A DNA stretch of 64,000 nt. It comes from a virus. The DNA lies in IMG/VR virus record IMGVR_UViG_3300005533_000009, positions 1 through 64,000 of that record, one strand, 5' to 3'. The position numbers and the translations under genes were made by a program. The notes under the pieces were generated by a model. That model was not told where the DNA came from and made no database searches. It was given only the letters and a program-made list of their open reading frames with translations. Below, piece after piece: positions 46,899-55,995 of the stretch (the stretch's first letter is position 1; each line of letters begins with the position of its first letter).

Positions 46899-47636
46899 TT
46901 GCGTACTTTGATAGCAGTAGTGTCTGCTCGTCATCGCAGTGAATGGAGAAAAGCTATAAGAGAAACTTGGTTGCCATTAGTACCGATAACCAAGGCTGAA
47001 GTTAAGTTCTTTGTAGGCTCTGGGGATTCTCCCATAGAACCTGATGTTGTAGAACTTGATTGTGATGATTCTTACCAAGGGCTTCCAGAGAAGATACGGG
47101 AGATAACCCGATGGGCGCTTAAGAATCAGTTTGACTATATGCTCAAATGTGATGATGACGTTATATTAAGGCCGGAAGGCATTCTTTACAGTGGTTACGA
47201 AAACCACCTTTACTCAGGCAAGACTAACAGATATCCCACCACAGAACAGCCCTTTCCTGTAACCGTGGGATTCAACTATTGGCTACACAAAGATGCCATG
47301 AAGTTAGTGTCTGAGCATGAATTACCTCCCGAGTTAGGGCCGGGAGTGAAAGACAACGATGATGAGAAGTGGGTAGCAGGAATAATGCACGACCATGGCA
47401 TTAAGCTACATCACGACCATCGTTATGAGATTTATGGTGGGGAATTACCTGAAAAGGAACCCACTATATTGTACCGTCCTTTACGTCCACCGAAAGTCAA
47501 TTCTGAACAAAATCGGGAAGCGTTTAGCTGGACAATTTTTTTGGAAGCAAACAGCGGTAATGGAATACCTTTAGATATAAAGATAAAAGAATTCTACAAG
47601 GTGTTTAATAAACTTTATAATAATCCCCAAGCTTAG
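46899..47636 (+). CDS. Fringe/GT31-like glycosyltransferase, paralog of 36706
   Basis: IRETW, DDSYQGLPEK, FDYMLKCDDD, GFNYWL. Confidence 0.75.
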   Translation: MRTLIAVVSARHRSEWRKAIRETWLPLVPITKAEVKFFVGSGDSPIEPDVVELDCDDSYQGLPEKIREITRWALKNQFDYMLKCDDDVILRPEGILYSGYENHLYSGKTNRYPTTEQPFPVTVGFNYWLHKDAMKLVSEHELPPELGPGVKDNDDEKWVAGIMHDHGIKLHHDHRYEIYGGELPEKEPTILYRPLRPPKVNSEQNREAFSWTIFLEANSGNGIPLDIKIKEFYKVFNKLYNNPQA

Positions 47637-47704
47637 CGGCTTGGTGTTAGGGAGAGGTAGTGCTGACACATTATCTCTCCCGCCTTTGTCAGAAGGAACA
47701 TATG
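47627..47704 (+). promoter_or_regulatory. Kissing-loop SD-sequestering element 6
   Basis: GGGAGAGGTAGTG-CTGACA-CATTATCTCTCCC; CCTT-TGTCAG-AAGG. Confidence 0.8.
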
Positions 47705-48178
47705 AATCAAAATTACAATAAAACCCATTGTATTAGAAAGCATGAATTTACTGAAGAGAATACTTACGTATTTCCCAACGGTAAGCGTGCATGTAAAACT
47801 TGTAGGTTACTGTGGTATAAAAAGCACAGAGACGGTAACAAGGAAAAGCGTGCTATAAGCAAAAAGAAATGGGATAATAACAATAAAACCCACACAAGAG
47901 AGTATCAACGAACAATAGAAAGAAAAAGAGTAGGTTGGACTAAAGAACTGTGGGATAGCACATTAAAAGAACAGAAAAGACGATGTGCTATTTGTAAACA
48001 ATATCTAGAGTTGGAAGGTAAGGGTAAGAGAAGCGCAACAGCGGATCATATCCATGTCAATCCTCCGATTCCTAGAGGTATTTTGTGTAGCCATTGTAAT
48101 ATGGGGTTGGGACTGTTTAAAGACAATCCCGCCATTTTAATAGAGGCAGCAAAATACGTCGAAAGACACAAACCGTAA
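47702..48178 (+). CDS. Endonuclease VII-like HNH endonuclease with an N-terminal THCIRKH domain
   Basis: CAIC, ADHIH..PRGILCSHCNMGLGLFKD. Confidence 0.85.
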   Translation: MNQNYNKTHCIRKHEFTEENTYVFPNGKRACKTCRLLWYKKHRDGNKEKRAISKKKWDNNNKTHTREYQRTIERKRVGWTKELWDSTLKEQKRRCAICKQYLELEGKGKRSATADHIHVNPPIPRGILCSHCNMGLGLFKDNPAILIEAAKYVERHKP

Positions 48179-48227
48179 TTTAATTTACAGTATCCGGGGC
48201 AACATCTAGCCGGGGAAAGGAAAAACA

Positions 48228-48626
48228 ATGGCTTCAAATTTACCTTCAGTTACGTTTGCTGATTTATTTCCAACAGGCGTATCCATGGACTCTAAGACCA
48301 TTACCATGTGGCAACAGCTACAAATTGGTGCTGGAGTTTATGCAGTAGGTGGAATTCCTGCTGGAGTACAGAATTTGGCTGGACTTAAGACAATTGATTT
48401 CAGCACCTTCCTACAATCAACTGTAGTTAGCGAACTGACTGTACCTGCAACTGGAAGTACATATATTTATCGTTATGTACCTTCCACTGATAAATTGCAG
48501 ATTTTCCAGCAAACACTGTCAAATGGATCACAAACAGCATTTACGGAACTAACCGCATCTGCCGTGATTCCATCCGGTGTTCTGAACGACACAATAGTCG
48601 GTGAGTTTATCTTCAACAGATTGTAA
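48228..48626 (+). CDS. Hypothetical virion protein
   Basis: SD AAGGA; beta-rich; tail module. Confidence 0.6.
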   Translation: MASNLPSVTFADLFPTGVSMDSKTITMWQQLQIGAGVYAVGGIPAGVQNLAGLKTIDFSTFLQSTVVSELTVPATGSTYIYRYVPSTDKLQIFQQTLSNGSQTAFTELTASAVIPSGVLNDTIVGEFIFNRL

Positions 48627-48643
48627 GTTATAGAAAACAAAGA

Positions 48644-48723
48644 ACTTAGGAGTAATTACCCTGAGTAGAGTTGGGCGGTACTCATAATGCCGCCCTTCTC
48701 GCCTTTATGAGAGGAATTTTATG
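48644..48723 (+). promoter_or_regulatory. Kissing-loop SD-sequestering element 7
   Basis: GGGCGGTA-CTCATAA-TGCCGCCC; CCT-TTATGAG-AGG. Confidence 0.75.
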
Positions 48724-49206
48724 GGAAGAACAAGACAAACACATTGCAAGAGAGGGCATGAATTTACGGAAGAGAATACTTATGTAGCTCCTCCTAATAA
48801 ACAGCATCCCTATGGATTAAAGCAATGTAGAATATGTCGTACATTAAGAAATCAGAAACGAAGAGAAGACCCTGTTGAGCGTGCTAAGATTAATGCTCGT
48901 AGCATTCAGTGGGCTTTAGATAATCCTGAAATAGTAAGAAAGCGCAGTAGAGAACATACGTGGAAAGAATCAGGTTGGTTACCTGAGATGATTGAAGACA
49001 AGTTAAAAGAGCAAGATAATAAATGCGCTATCTGTCTTAAGAAGTTTACTGAAGAAGATGGTCCTCATGCCGACCATGCTCATACTACACCTCCTAAACC
49101 AAGAGGTTTATTATGTGGAAAATGCAATAGAGGTATAGGCATGTTTAACGACAACCCTTTGCTTTTGCAATGGGCATCTCAATACATCTTGAAATACTCA
49201 AGCTAG
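48721..49206 (+). CDS. Endonuclease VII-like HNH endonuclease with an N-terminal THCKRGH domain
   Basis: CAIC, ADHAH..PRGLLCGKCNRGIGMFND. Confidence 0.85.
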   Translation: MGRTRQTHCKRGHEFTEENTYVAPPNKQHPYGLKQCRICRTLRNQKRREDPVERAKINARSIQWALDNPEIVRKRSREHTWKESGWLPEMIEDKLKEQDNKCAICLKKFTEEDGPHADHAHTTPPKPRGLLCGKCNRGIGMFNDNPLLLQWASQYILKYSS

Positions 49207-49257
49207 AAGGTTTCGTCACCGAAGTCGTGACCTTCTTTATAAATATAGGAGGTTACT

Positions 49258-52200
49258 TTGGGCCACAACTTACAACAACTAGGTACTGCCGCTCTAGATA
49301 TGATGGGCGGAATGATTACCTTAGCTAAACCAGAAGATTTGCCAGAAGGTGCATCTCCCCGTTGTCAAGACGTAGATTTTGACATCGGTTCAGTTCACAC
49401 ACGTCCCGGCTTGCTGTCTGTTTATACTTACGCTACAACTTTTAACATTACTTCTGTAGTAATCACCTATGGTACGGCCACTGTTACTTATACAAATTCA
49501 GCCGGAACTCAACCTGTAGTAAACGAGCAGTTGCTCCTACAGGGATTTACAGGTGCATTGATTTTTTTGAACGGCCAAACAGTTGTAGTAGAATCAGTAA
49601 CCGCAACGTCATTTACATTTGCAATTACTAGTCAAGATGTTTCTTTAACTGTAGTATCGGGTGCAACCGCTATCTCACTGACTGGTCAGTTTGCTGGTCC
49701 TAACGTACCAACTTTAGCAACAGATATTTCCGGTGGGTCTGCTCCTTGGGTATCTCCTAATAGCATTCTGGGAAATACAAGCTATGCATCATCAGCTACA
49801 GGCAGTACCGTAACGGCTCCCGGCGTTCCCGGTGCAGCCGCTAACGTAGATTCGGTTAGACCTTGGACAAGCCCTTCTAACGTGTTTTCTACCTCTTTAT
49901 TTGCCACAGTGTCATTATCCGCTGGGCAAACGTCTACAGCCATCCTAGCCAACGGAGTAGGGTATGCAATACCTTCTAATGCCTCCGTAAAGGGCATTTC
50001 CTTGGCTTTTAAGGCATCAACGACAGGGGTAGCTGGTTCTGGCTCGATTAATATTCAATTAGCCCAGAACGGCTCTCCTATAGGCACTGCGATCAACGTA
50101 CCAATAAGCAACACTCCTAATACCTATACCCAAGGGTCTTCAGCTTATCAATGGGGTACAAATTTAACCCCGGATATAGTTAATGGCACTGCTTTTGGTA
50201 TTTTATTGGATGCTCAGCAGGGTACCGGATCAGGGGCGTTCTCAGTAAATAGCTTAACTGTTACTGTGTATTATACCACTGCATCATCATCTGATGCATT
50301 GCAGGCACAACAATTTGTATTCGTAATCCCTTCAACCTCTGGTATTTCAGGTTTTGGAGTAAGCTTTCAAGCATATTCAACGACAAATACCTCAGTTACT
50401 GTTCAGATGTTAAAGGGTGGATTGCCCGTAGGTACTGCAAAGACGCAAGTTTTAACTACAGTCCCTACCATCTATTCTCTTGGTGCTTCCAACGATTTAT
50501 GGGGTAATACATGGCTATTCTCAGACGTAAACTCTAATCAGTTTGGTATACAAATCACAGCTTCAGGCACAGGTACAACGTTTATAAATGACGTTGACAT
50601 GCTAGTTTATATTACTCCTGCTCTAGTGAATTTTAATTGGATTAAAACCTACGAGCAAGATGATGGTGATATAAACACATTGGCCTTAGATGCTTCAGGA
50701 ATTATTTGGATAGAAGATGTAATCAACAATGAAGGTGCGTTGTCAGTAGCTTTAACAGGCATTCTACCTAATTCATATGCAAAAAGCAGTACGATGTTTG
50801 ATAGAGAGTATATTTGCTTTTCTAATGAATTTATAGGAAGTGATAGACCTAGAGTGTTTGATGGTACTAGTTTCTTACCACTATCAATGTATGCTCCCGG
50901 TGGTCAGTTAAGTGTTCAAGCTTCATCATCTGGAACTACTTCTAACCTTAACTTAACATCCTATGCTGTAACTGGTGGAGTAGCCACTTTCCAGTACACA
51001 GGTACTGAACCTGTAGCTGGTACGGTATATGTTCTAACCAACATTATACCTTCCGCAGCAGGAAGTACTACAGACACATTAATTAATAATAAGCCTTTCA
51101 TCATTTTGAGTAGTGGGTTATCTCCTACTCAATTTGAAATTTCTGTACCAAGTCATGCTAATTTAGGCTCAACTCCTTTGGTAAGCACTGCGACCGCAGT
51201 ACTTGCTCAGAATTTTTCTATTAGCAGCATTATACAGTCCTACAGATTCGTATCCCCTCCACCACCGCCAACTAACGCTGGAAGTGGAAGCTACGGTACT
51301 CCGGGTACAGCAGAAGGGCCAAATCCTAAAGGTAAATGGCAGCAGTTGTTACAGAGCGCAGGACCGGGAAGTTCTCAGCCGGGAAGCGTTGTAACAGTGT
51401 ATTATGCCAATGCATCCGTTGGTGGAGTTGGTATTCCCGGCGATGATAACCTAGTTGAACAATTTAATCAAGGAATTCCTACATACGTCTATATCACTGG
51501 TACAGGCACCTATAATGGTACTTGGCAGGTAACTAGCGTAGGTATTGGCATTCCTCCCGGTGGTGCTGGCGAAAGATACTTCTTTACATTCAACTTCACT
51601 AGCTCTACACACTTTGTTACAAATTCAACGACTGGCATGACTTATCAAAGATCATTGGCAGTTGTGAATACAACCACAGGTATTGCTGATCTACAAGCTG
51701 GATCACAAGTAACCATCACAGGGGAAACTCCTGCTGGATGGAATGCTACTTGGACAGTGGTACAGCCATTGAATAGCGGTAGTTTGAACATTACTAACGC
51801 TGCTGTAAGTGGTGACGGAAGCACTATTACATTCCAGTATAACGTGGCAACTGGTGTAGCACCTAAGGCAAGCGAAATTGTAAAGGTAACTAACGTACTT
51901 GTAAACTCTGGAACAGAACTAAATGGCACTTATGTCATTCAGACATCCACGAATACAAGTCCCGGTAGTTTTACAGTTATTGCTCCTGCTGGTGCAACGG
52001 CTGGTGAGAGTGTAACACAAACAAACGCTCAAGCCGTTGTATACGGTACACAGTTTTTGATTGATCCCGGCTCAACAACAGTGGGAACTACTACCAATCC
52101 TATTTATGGCAGTGGAACTACTGGTACTCTTAACGTTATCGGTGCAACTCCTAGTGGGGGCACACAGATATCAGCAGGTACTAGACAGGCTGTTTGCTTC

Positions 52201-54333
52201 TTTATAACTGATACCGGATATAACACCGCTCCTAATGTACCAGTAACTTTTGACGTAGCTTCGGGAAGTAACTCGATTGTAGTTAGCAATCTTCCTATAG
52301 GACCGCCTAACGTAATTGCCAGAGGTATCGCCATTACAGAGGCAGGGCAAAACGGTGTTCCGGGTGCTAATTTTTATGTAATTGAAAACGATGTAACTTC
52401 TACGATTGGTAATTCGGTGGTTACATTGGCAACATCCACAATTGTACGAGACAACACTACTCAAAGCGCAACCTTCTCATTCACTGATGCTGTTCTTCTT
52501 GAATCGAGAGAGATTGACATACAGGGTGACAACTTATTCAACTTGATTGAACTGGGAAGTTCAGCATGGTGTGTACCATATAAGAGCAGAATGTTCTACG
52601 GTATGCAATTGAATAAAGTACAGGGGTTCACAGCTATGGCATTTGATAGCTACGTAACTCCCGGTCAACCTGCTGGTTGGAGTTCTCCCGGCATTGGTGG
52701 AACCCTAGTAACAAGTACTGTTACAGGTTTTGCTTATTCTATTAGTAACACTACAGGATCAACCATAGCTACGGCTGGATTAATTCAGCAGGGGGCTTAT
52801 CAAGACTATTACGGAGTGCCGATTATAGAGCAGAATACTCTGTATTCAGTGCGAGTAGCGGCTAGAGCACCATCAGGAAGTGCGATTGGGACTCTAGTTA
52901 TAGACTTGTTTGATGGCTCAACGGTGTATGGTTCGTTCACTGTACCATTTTCACAAATGTCAACAATTACGCAGGTATTCTCTGGTAGCTTGTTGACCAA
53001 TCCATTTACTAGTGCGGTTAACCAAGGGGGTGCTCAAAGCACTTCTGGGTCTGTGCCAACAACCCTTGTTCTAAGAGTATATGCACAGAATCTGGGTAAC
53101 GGAGCAAACGTAGAAATAGATAGAGTGGAAGTTTATCCGACCGAAACTCCATTTATTGAAGCTCAGGTTTATGGTTCTTATATTAACCTGCCCGAGTCTA
53201 TAGACGCAAGTTCTAACGGAGGTATCATTGATACTTCGACCGAAAACAAGCAGCCTGTAACTGGGGCGTTTGTTATGCATGATCTGTTGTTCTTACTCAA
53301 GACTAAGAGCATGTATTCAGTGGAAGACAATGTAAACTCTGAACCCGGAGGTTGGGGATTAAAAGAAGTAAGTAATAGAGTGGGTTCTATTGGAATTCAC
53401 GCTTATGATGTTGGTGAAGAGTGGGCGGTTATGGCTTGCCGAGAAGGTATCTTCGGATTCAATGGTGGACAACCACAAAAGATGATGCAAGAAATCTGGC
53501 AAGTTTGGGAAGCTATTAATTGGGATGCTGGACATACTATCGTGTTAAGAAATGATATTATTAACAAGCGTATTCTATGTGCTATCCCTCTACCTACCGG
53601 AACCAACCCAACTACAGGTGTTAAAACTAAGTCAGTAGCTTGGTTACCTAATGCTACATATAATCCTACACCAACCACACCAAACGTTATGCTGTGCTTA
53701 AACTATCAAGGTCTAGGCACATTCGAAGAGTTGGTAAGTGGAGCAGAAATGCACACTACCATGTTTGGTACGCTGGCTGCTGTAGATATGCGTAGAAAAT
53801 GGACAATTTGGCAAATTCCATCACCTTATATGGACTTTGTAACAAGAAAGAATGGAATCGACGCACCGTTGTTTATTTGCAATGGTATTGATTCTTCTAA
53901 GGTTTATGAGCTAAGTACAGATCAACTCAGTGACGATGGAGTTGCAATCAATAGCTCATACACAACATACGGGTTCGTTAATGCTGAAAAAGCAGCTACA
54001 GTACCTATATTTGGATATCATACAAAGAGATACACTATTTTGCAGATTCTGGCTAGTGGAGCAGGAACGGCTCAATTGCGTATTCTTCCAAATACGTTGG
54101 ATGCTCGTTATCCATACACTGTACCTGTTGGTATCACACTAACTAGCCCAGAGCAAGATGATTTCTTTAGACCTATTAACGTAAAAGGAAACCGTGTATT
54201 CGTAGAGACATCTACTAATGCGGTCGGCGCTTGGTTTAGCCAAAGCAAAATAATGTTAACTGGTAAAGCAGATCATTGGTCAAGTCTCAACCCTACGGGT
54301 GGTGGGAACATTGGCATTACATCGTCTTCATAA
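49258..54333 (+). CDS. Large tail protein (nozzle/tubular B-like) with multiple inserted Ser/Thr-rich beta domains
   Basis: 1691 aa; N-terminal GM...SP.CQDVDF..GS..TRPG and propeller-like C-terminus typical of podoviral nozzle proteins; inference. Confidence 0.6.
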   Translation: MGHNLQQLGTAALDMMGGMITLAKPEDLPEGASPRCQDVDFDIGSVHTRPGLLSVYTYATTFNITSVVITYGTATVTYTNSAGTQPVVNEQLLLQGFTGALIFLNGQTVVVESVTATSFTFAITSQDVSLTVVSGATAISLTGQFAGPNVPTLATDISGGSAPWVSPNSILGNTSYASSATGSTVTAPGVPGAAANVDSVRPWTSPSNVFSTSLFATVSLSAGQTSTAILANGVGYAIPSNASVKGISLAFKASTTGVAGSGSINIQLAQNGSPIGTAINVPISNTPNTYTQGSSAYQWGTNLTPDIVNGTAFGILLDAQQGTGSGAFSVNSLTVTVYYTTASSSDALQAQQFVFVIPSTSGISGFGVSFQAYSTTNTSVTVQMLKGGLPVGTAKTQVLTTVPTIYSLGASNDLWGNTWLFSDVNSNQFGIQITASGTGTTFINDVDMLVYITPALVNFNWIKTYEQDDGDINTLALDASGIIWIEDVINNEGALSVALTGILPNSYAKSSTMFDREYICFSNEFIGSDRPRVFDGTSFLPLSMYAPGGQLSVQASSSGTTSNLNLTSYAVTGGVATFQYTGTEPVAGTVYVLTNIIPSAAGSTTDTLINNKPFIILSSGLSPTQFEISVPSHANLGSTPLVSTATAVLAQNFSISSIIQSYRFVSPPPPPTNAGSGSYGTPGTAEGPNPKGKWQQLLQSAGPGSSQPGSVVTVYYANASVGGVGIPGDDNLVEQFNQGIPTYVYITGTGTYNGTWQVTSVGIGIPPGGAGERYFFTFNFTSSTHFVTNSTTGMTYQRSLAVVNTTTGIADLQAGSQVTITGETPAGWNATWTVVQPLNSGSLNITNAAVSGDGSTITFQYNVATGVAPKASEIVKVTNVLVNSGTELNGTYVIQTSTNTSPGSFTVIAPAGATAGESVTQTNAQAVVYGTQFLIDPGSTTVGTTTNPIYGSGTTGTLNVIGATPSGGTQISAGTRQAVCFFITDTGYNTAPNVPVTFDVASGSNSIVVSNLPIGPPNVIARGIAITEAGQNGVPGANFYVIENDVTSTIGNSVVTLATSTIVRDNTTQSATFSFTDAVLLESREIDIQGDNLFNLIELGSSAWCVPYKSRMFYGMQLNKVQGFTAMAFDSYVTPGQPAGWSSPGIGGTLVTSTVTGFAYSISNTTGSTIATAGLIQQGAYQDYYGVPIIEQNTLYSVRVAARAPSGSAIGTLVIDLFDGSTVYGSFTVPFSQMSTITQVFSGSLLTNPFTSAVNQGGAQSTSGSVPTTLVLRVYAQNLGNGANVEIDRVEVYPTETPFIEAQVYGSYINLPESIDASSNGGIIDTSTENKQPVTGAFVMHDLLFLLKTKSMYSVEDNVNSEPGGWGLKEVSNRVGSIGIHAYDVGEEWAVMACREGIFGFNGGQPQKMMQEIWQVWEAINWDAGHTIVLRNDIINKRILCAIPLPTGTNPTTGVKTKSVAWLPNATYNPTPTTPNVMLCLNYQGLGTFEELVSGAEMHTTMFGTLAAVDMRRKWTIWQIPSPYMDFVTRKNGIDAPLFICNGIDSSKVYELSTDQLSDDGVAINSSYTTYGFVNAEKAATVPIFGYHTKRYTILQILASGAGTAQLRILPNTLDARYPYTVPVGITLTSPEQDDFFRPINVKGNRVFVETSTNAVGAWFSQSKIMLTGKADHWSSLNPTGGGNIGITSSS

Positions 54334-54339
54334 ACCCCA

Positions 54340-54375
54340 AAGGAAGGGAGCCTAAAAAGCTCCCTTTCTATTTTA
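54340..54375 (+). terminator. Hairpin terminator with a CCTAAAAA loop
   Basis: GGAAGGGAG-CCTAAAAAG-CTCCCTTTC-TATTTT. Confidence 0.6.
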
Positions 54376-54384
54376 GGAGAGTAT

Positions 54385-55023
54385 ATGGCTCAGCAGCACA
54401 CAAATTTTGAAGCAGGTTCAGAACTTACATACCTATCTCAAAAAGACGCTTATTTAGGAAAGTTCTTGCGTAGATTAGTAGACGCTATGAATACATCGGC
54501 TCAAAATGCGGGAGTTTCGGCTGTTGGTAAGTTTCCTACCCCTCCTCCAGTAGATACAATAGATGTACAAGGAACTTTCAGTTCCAACTCGAACACAATT
54601 ACAACACCTTCAGAAATACTGCACTGGACGTTGACTCATAATCAGCAGATTCACAAGGGTATAAAATATTTTACTGAAGTAGATACTGATCCAAGTTTCA
54701 GTAACCCTCATGTTATAGATCATGGGACTTCAAGATCAGGATTTTTAACACTGCCTACCATGGATAATGATGGTGCAACACAGAATTATTACATGAGAAG
54801 TTATGCACAATATCCCGGCAGTGATCCTTCAGAAAAGACAATTTTAGGTGGTACTAACAATCCTACTGCCATCGTTATGACAGGTACAAGCAAAACTTCC
54901 CTGTTAACTTCTAAGGGCAGCGGTACTGCAAAAGCAGATGGTCAGCAAGGTGGTCAAGGTTTAGGTAAAGTTCTTACTCGTCCTGCAACGGGGCCGAAAA
55001 GATCGGTGGTACAGCATTCATGA
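54385..55023 (+). CDS. Hypothetical virion protein
   Basis: SD AGGAG; follows the nozzle gene. Confidence 0.65.
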   Translation: MAQQHTNFEAGSELTYLSQKDAYLGKFLRRLVDAMNTSAQNAGVSAVGKFPTPPPVDTIDVQGTFSSNSNTITTPSEILHWTLTHNQQIHKGIKYFTEVDTDPSFSNPHVIDHGTSRSGFLTLPTMDNDGATQNYYMRSYAQYPGSDPSEKTILGGTNNPTAIVMTGTSKTSLLTSKGSGTAKADGQQGGQGLGKVLTRPATGPKRSVVQHS

Positions 55024-55055
55024 GTGCGTTAGTGCGAGACTATAACCACAAATAT

Positions 55056-55139
55056 TCTAAGGCTTAGCGGCTTTAGATTAGAGGGGGAGGAATGCCATCT
55101 ACATTCCTCTTTCTCGCCTTTAGATGGAAGGAAAATATG
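55056..55139 (+). promoter_or_regulatory. Kissing-loop SD-sequestering element 8
   Basis: GAGGGGGAGGAATG-CCATCTA-CATTCCTCTTTCTC; CCTT-TAGATGG-AAGG. Confidence 0.8.
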
Positions 55140-55583
55140 AATAAAACAGAGTACATGAAAAAATGGCGCAAAGAGAATCCAGATTATTTTAAAAATCTTA
55201 TGAGACGATGGAGAAAAAAGCATCCCATCAAAAATCGTAGAATTTGGAAAAAATCTGCGAAAAAGCATAGAAAAAAGCGCCTAATAGCTGCTAAAGAGCG
55301 TAGAAAATTAATAAAACATAAAGTATTAAAACATTACGGCAAACATGGAAAATTAATGTGTAAGTGGAGAGGGTGTTGTATTTCAGATATTGATATGCTT
55401 TCTATAGATCATATAAATGACGATGGAGCAAAACATAGAAAGTCTAAATACAAAAGAAGAGATTGGGGCGGTATAAATTTATATGAGACTCTCGTTAAGA
55501 AAGATTTTCCAGAAGGTTATCAAACTTTATGTATGAATCATCAGTTCAAAAAGCAAGCACTAAAAAATCTCAAGGAACAATAA
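55137..55583 (+). CDS. HNH-like endonuclease, paralog of 25145
   Basis: MLSIDHINDDG...FPEGYQTLCMNH. Confidence 0.8.
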   Translation: MNKTEYMKKWRKENPDYFKNLMRRWRKKHPIKNRRIWKKSAKKHRKKRLIAAKERRKLIKHKVLKHYGKHGKLMCKWRGCCISDIDMLSIDHINDDGAKHRKSKYKRRDWGGINLYETLVKKDFPEGYQTLCMNHQFKKQALKNLKEQ

Positions 55584-55984
55584 TTAGAGATTACGTTCAT
55601 GAAACTGATTTTGAAGCAGTAAAGAAAATCCATGATAGCACTGAGATAGACTATCAAATGCCCGACCTATCCTCTAAACTTTGGTTGGTTACAAAAGTAT
55701 TAGAAGTTGATGGAATAGTAAGAACTGCGTTAGGTACTTATATACAAGTAGAATTATACTTGTGGATGGACAAATCAGATTGGGCCAGCCCTGAAGAAAA
55801 GCACCTAGCAATTAAGTTGATTGAAGAAGAAACATTAAACGAAGCGTGGCTTAGAGGGGTAGATCAAGCCGTATTGTGGTTACCTCCCGGTATGGAACGC
55901 TTTGGAAAAAGATTAGAAACAGATTTTGGATTTACACCAGATAGGGATGGGTGGAAGTCGTACTCAAGACCCACAAAAATATGA
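55580..55984 (+). CDS. Possible GNAT-fold internal virion-associated protein; ATA start?
   Basis: IRDY..DF..V..IH N-terminus and R....FGF C-terminus; SD AAGGA precedes ATA 55580. Confidence 0.45.
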   Translation: MIRDYVHETDFEAVKKIHDSTEIDYQMPDLSSKLWLVTKVLEVDGIVRTALGTYIQVELYLWMDKSDWASPEEKHLAIKLIEEETLNEAWLRGVDQAVLWLPPGMERFGKRLETDFGFTPDRDGWKSYSRPTKI

Positions 55985-55995
55985 GAGGGAACGAA

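Noticed and set aside
17861-55139. Kissing-loop elements as plain terminators, CRISPR repeats or IS ends
   Set aside because: Most lack a U-tract directly after P1, primary sequences differ, there is no repeat-spacer array, cas or transposase gene, and a terminator does not explain the L1/L2 complementarity
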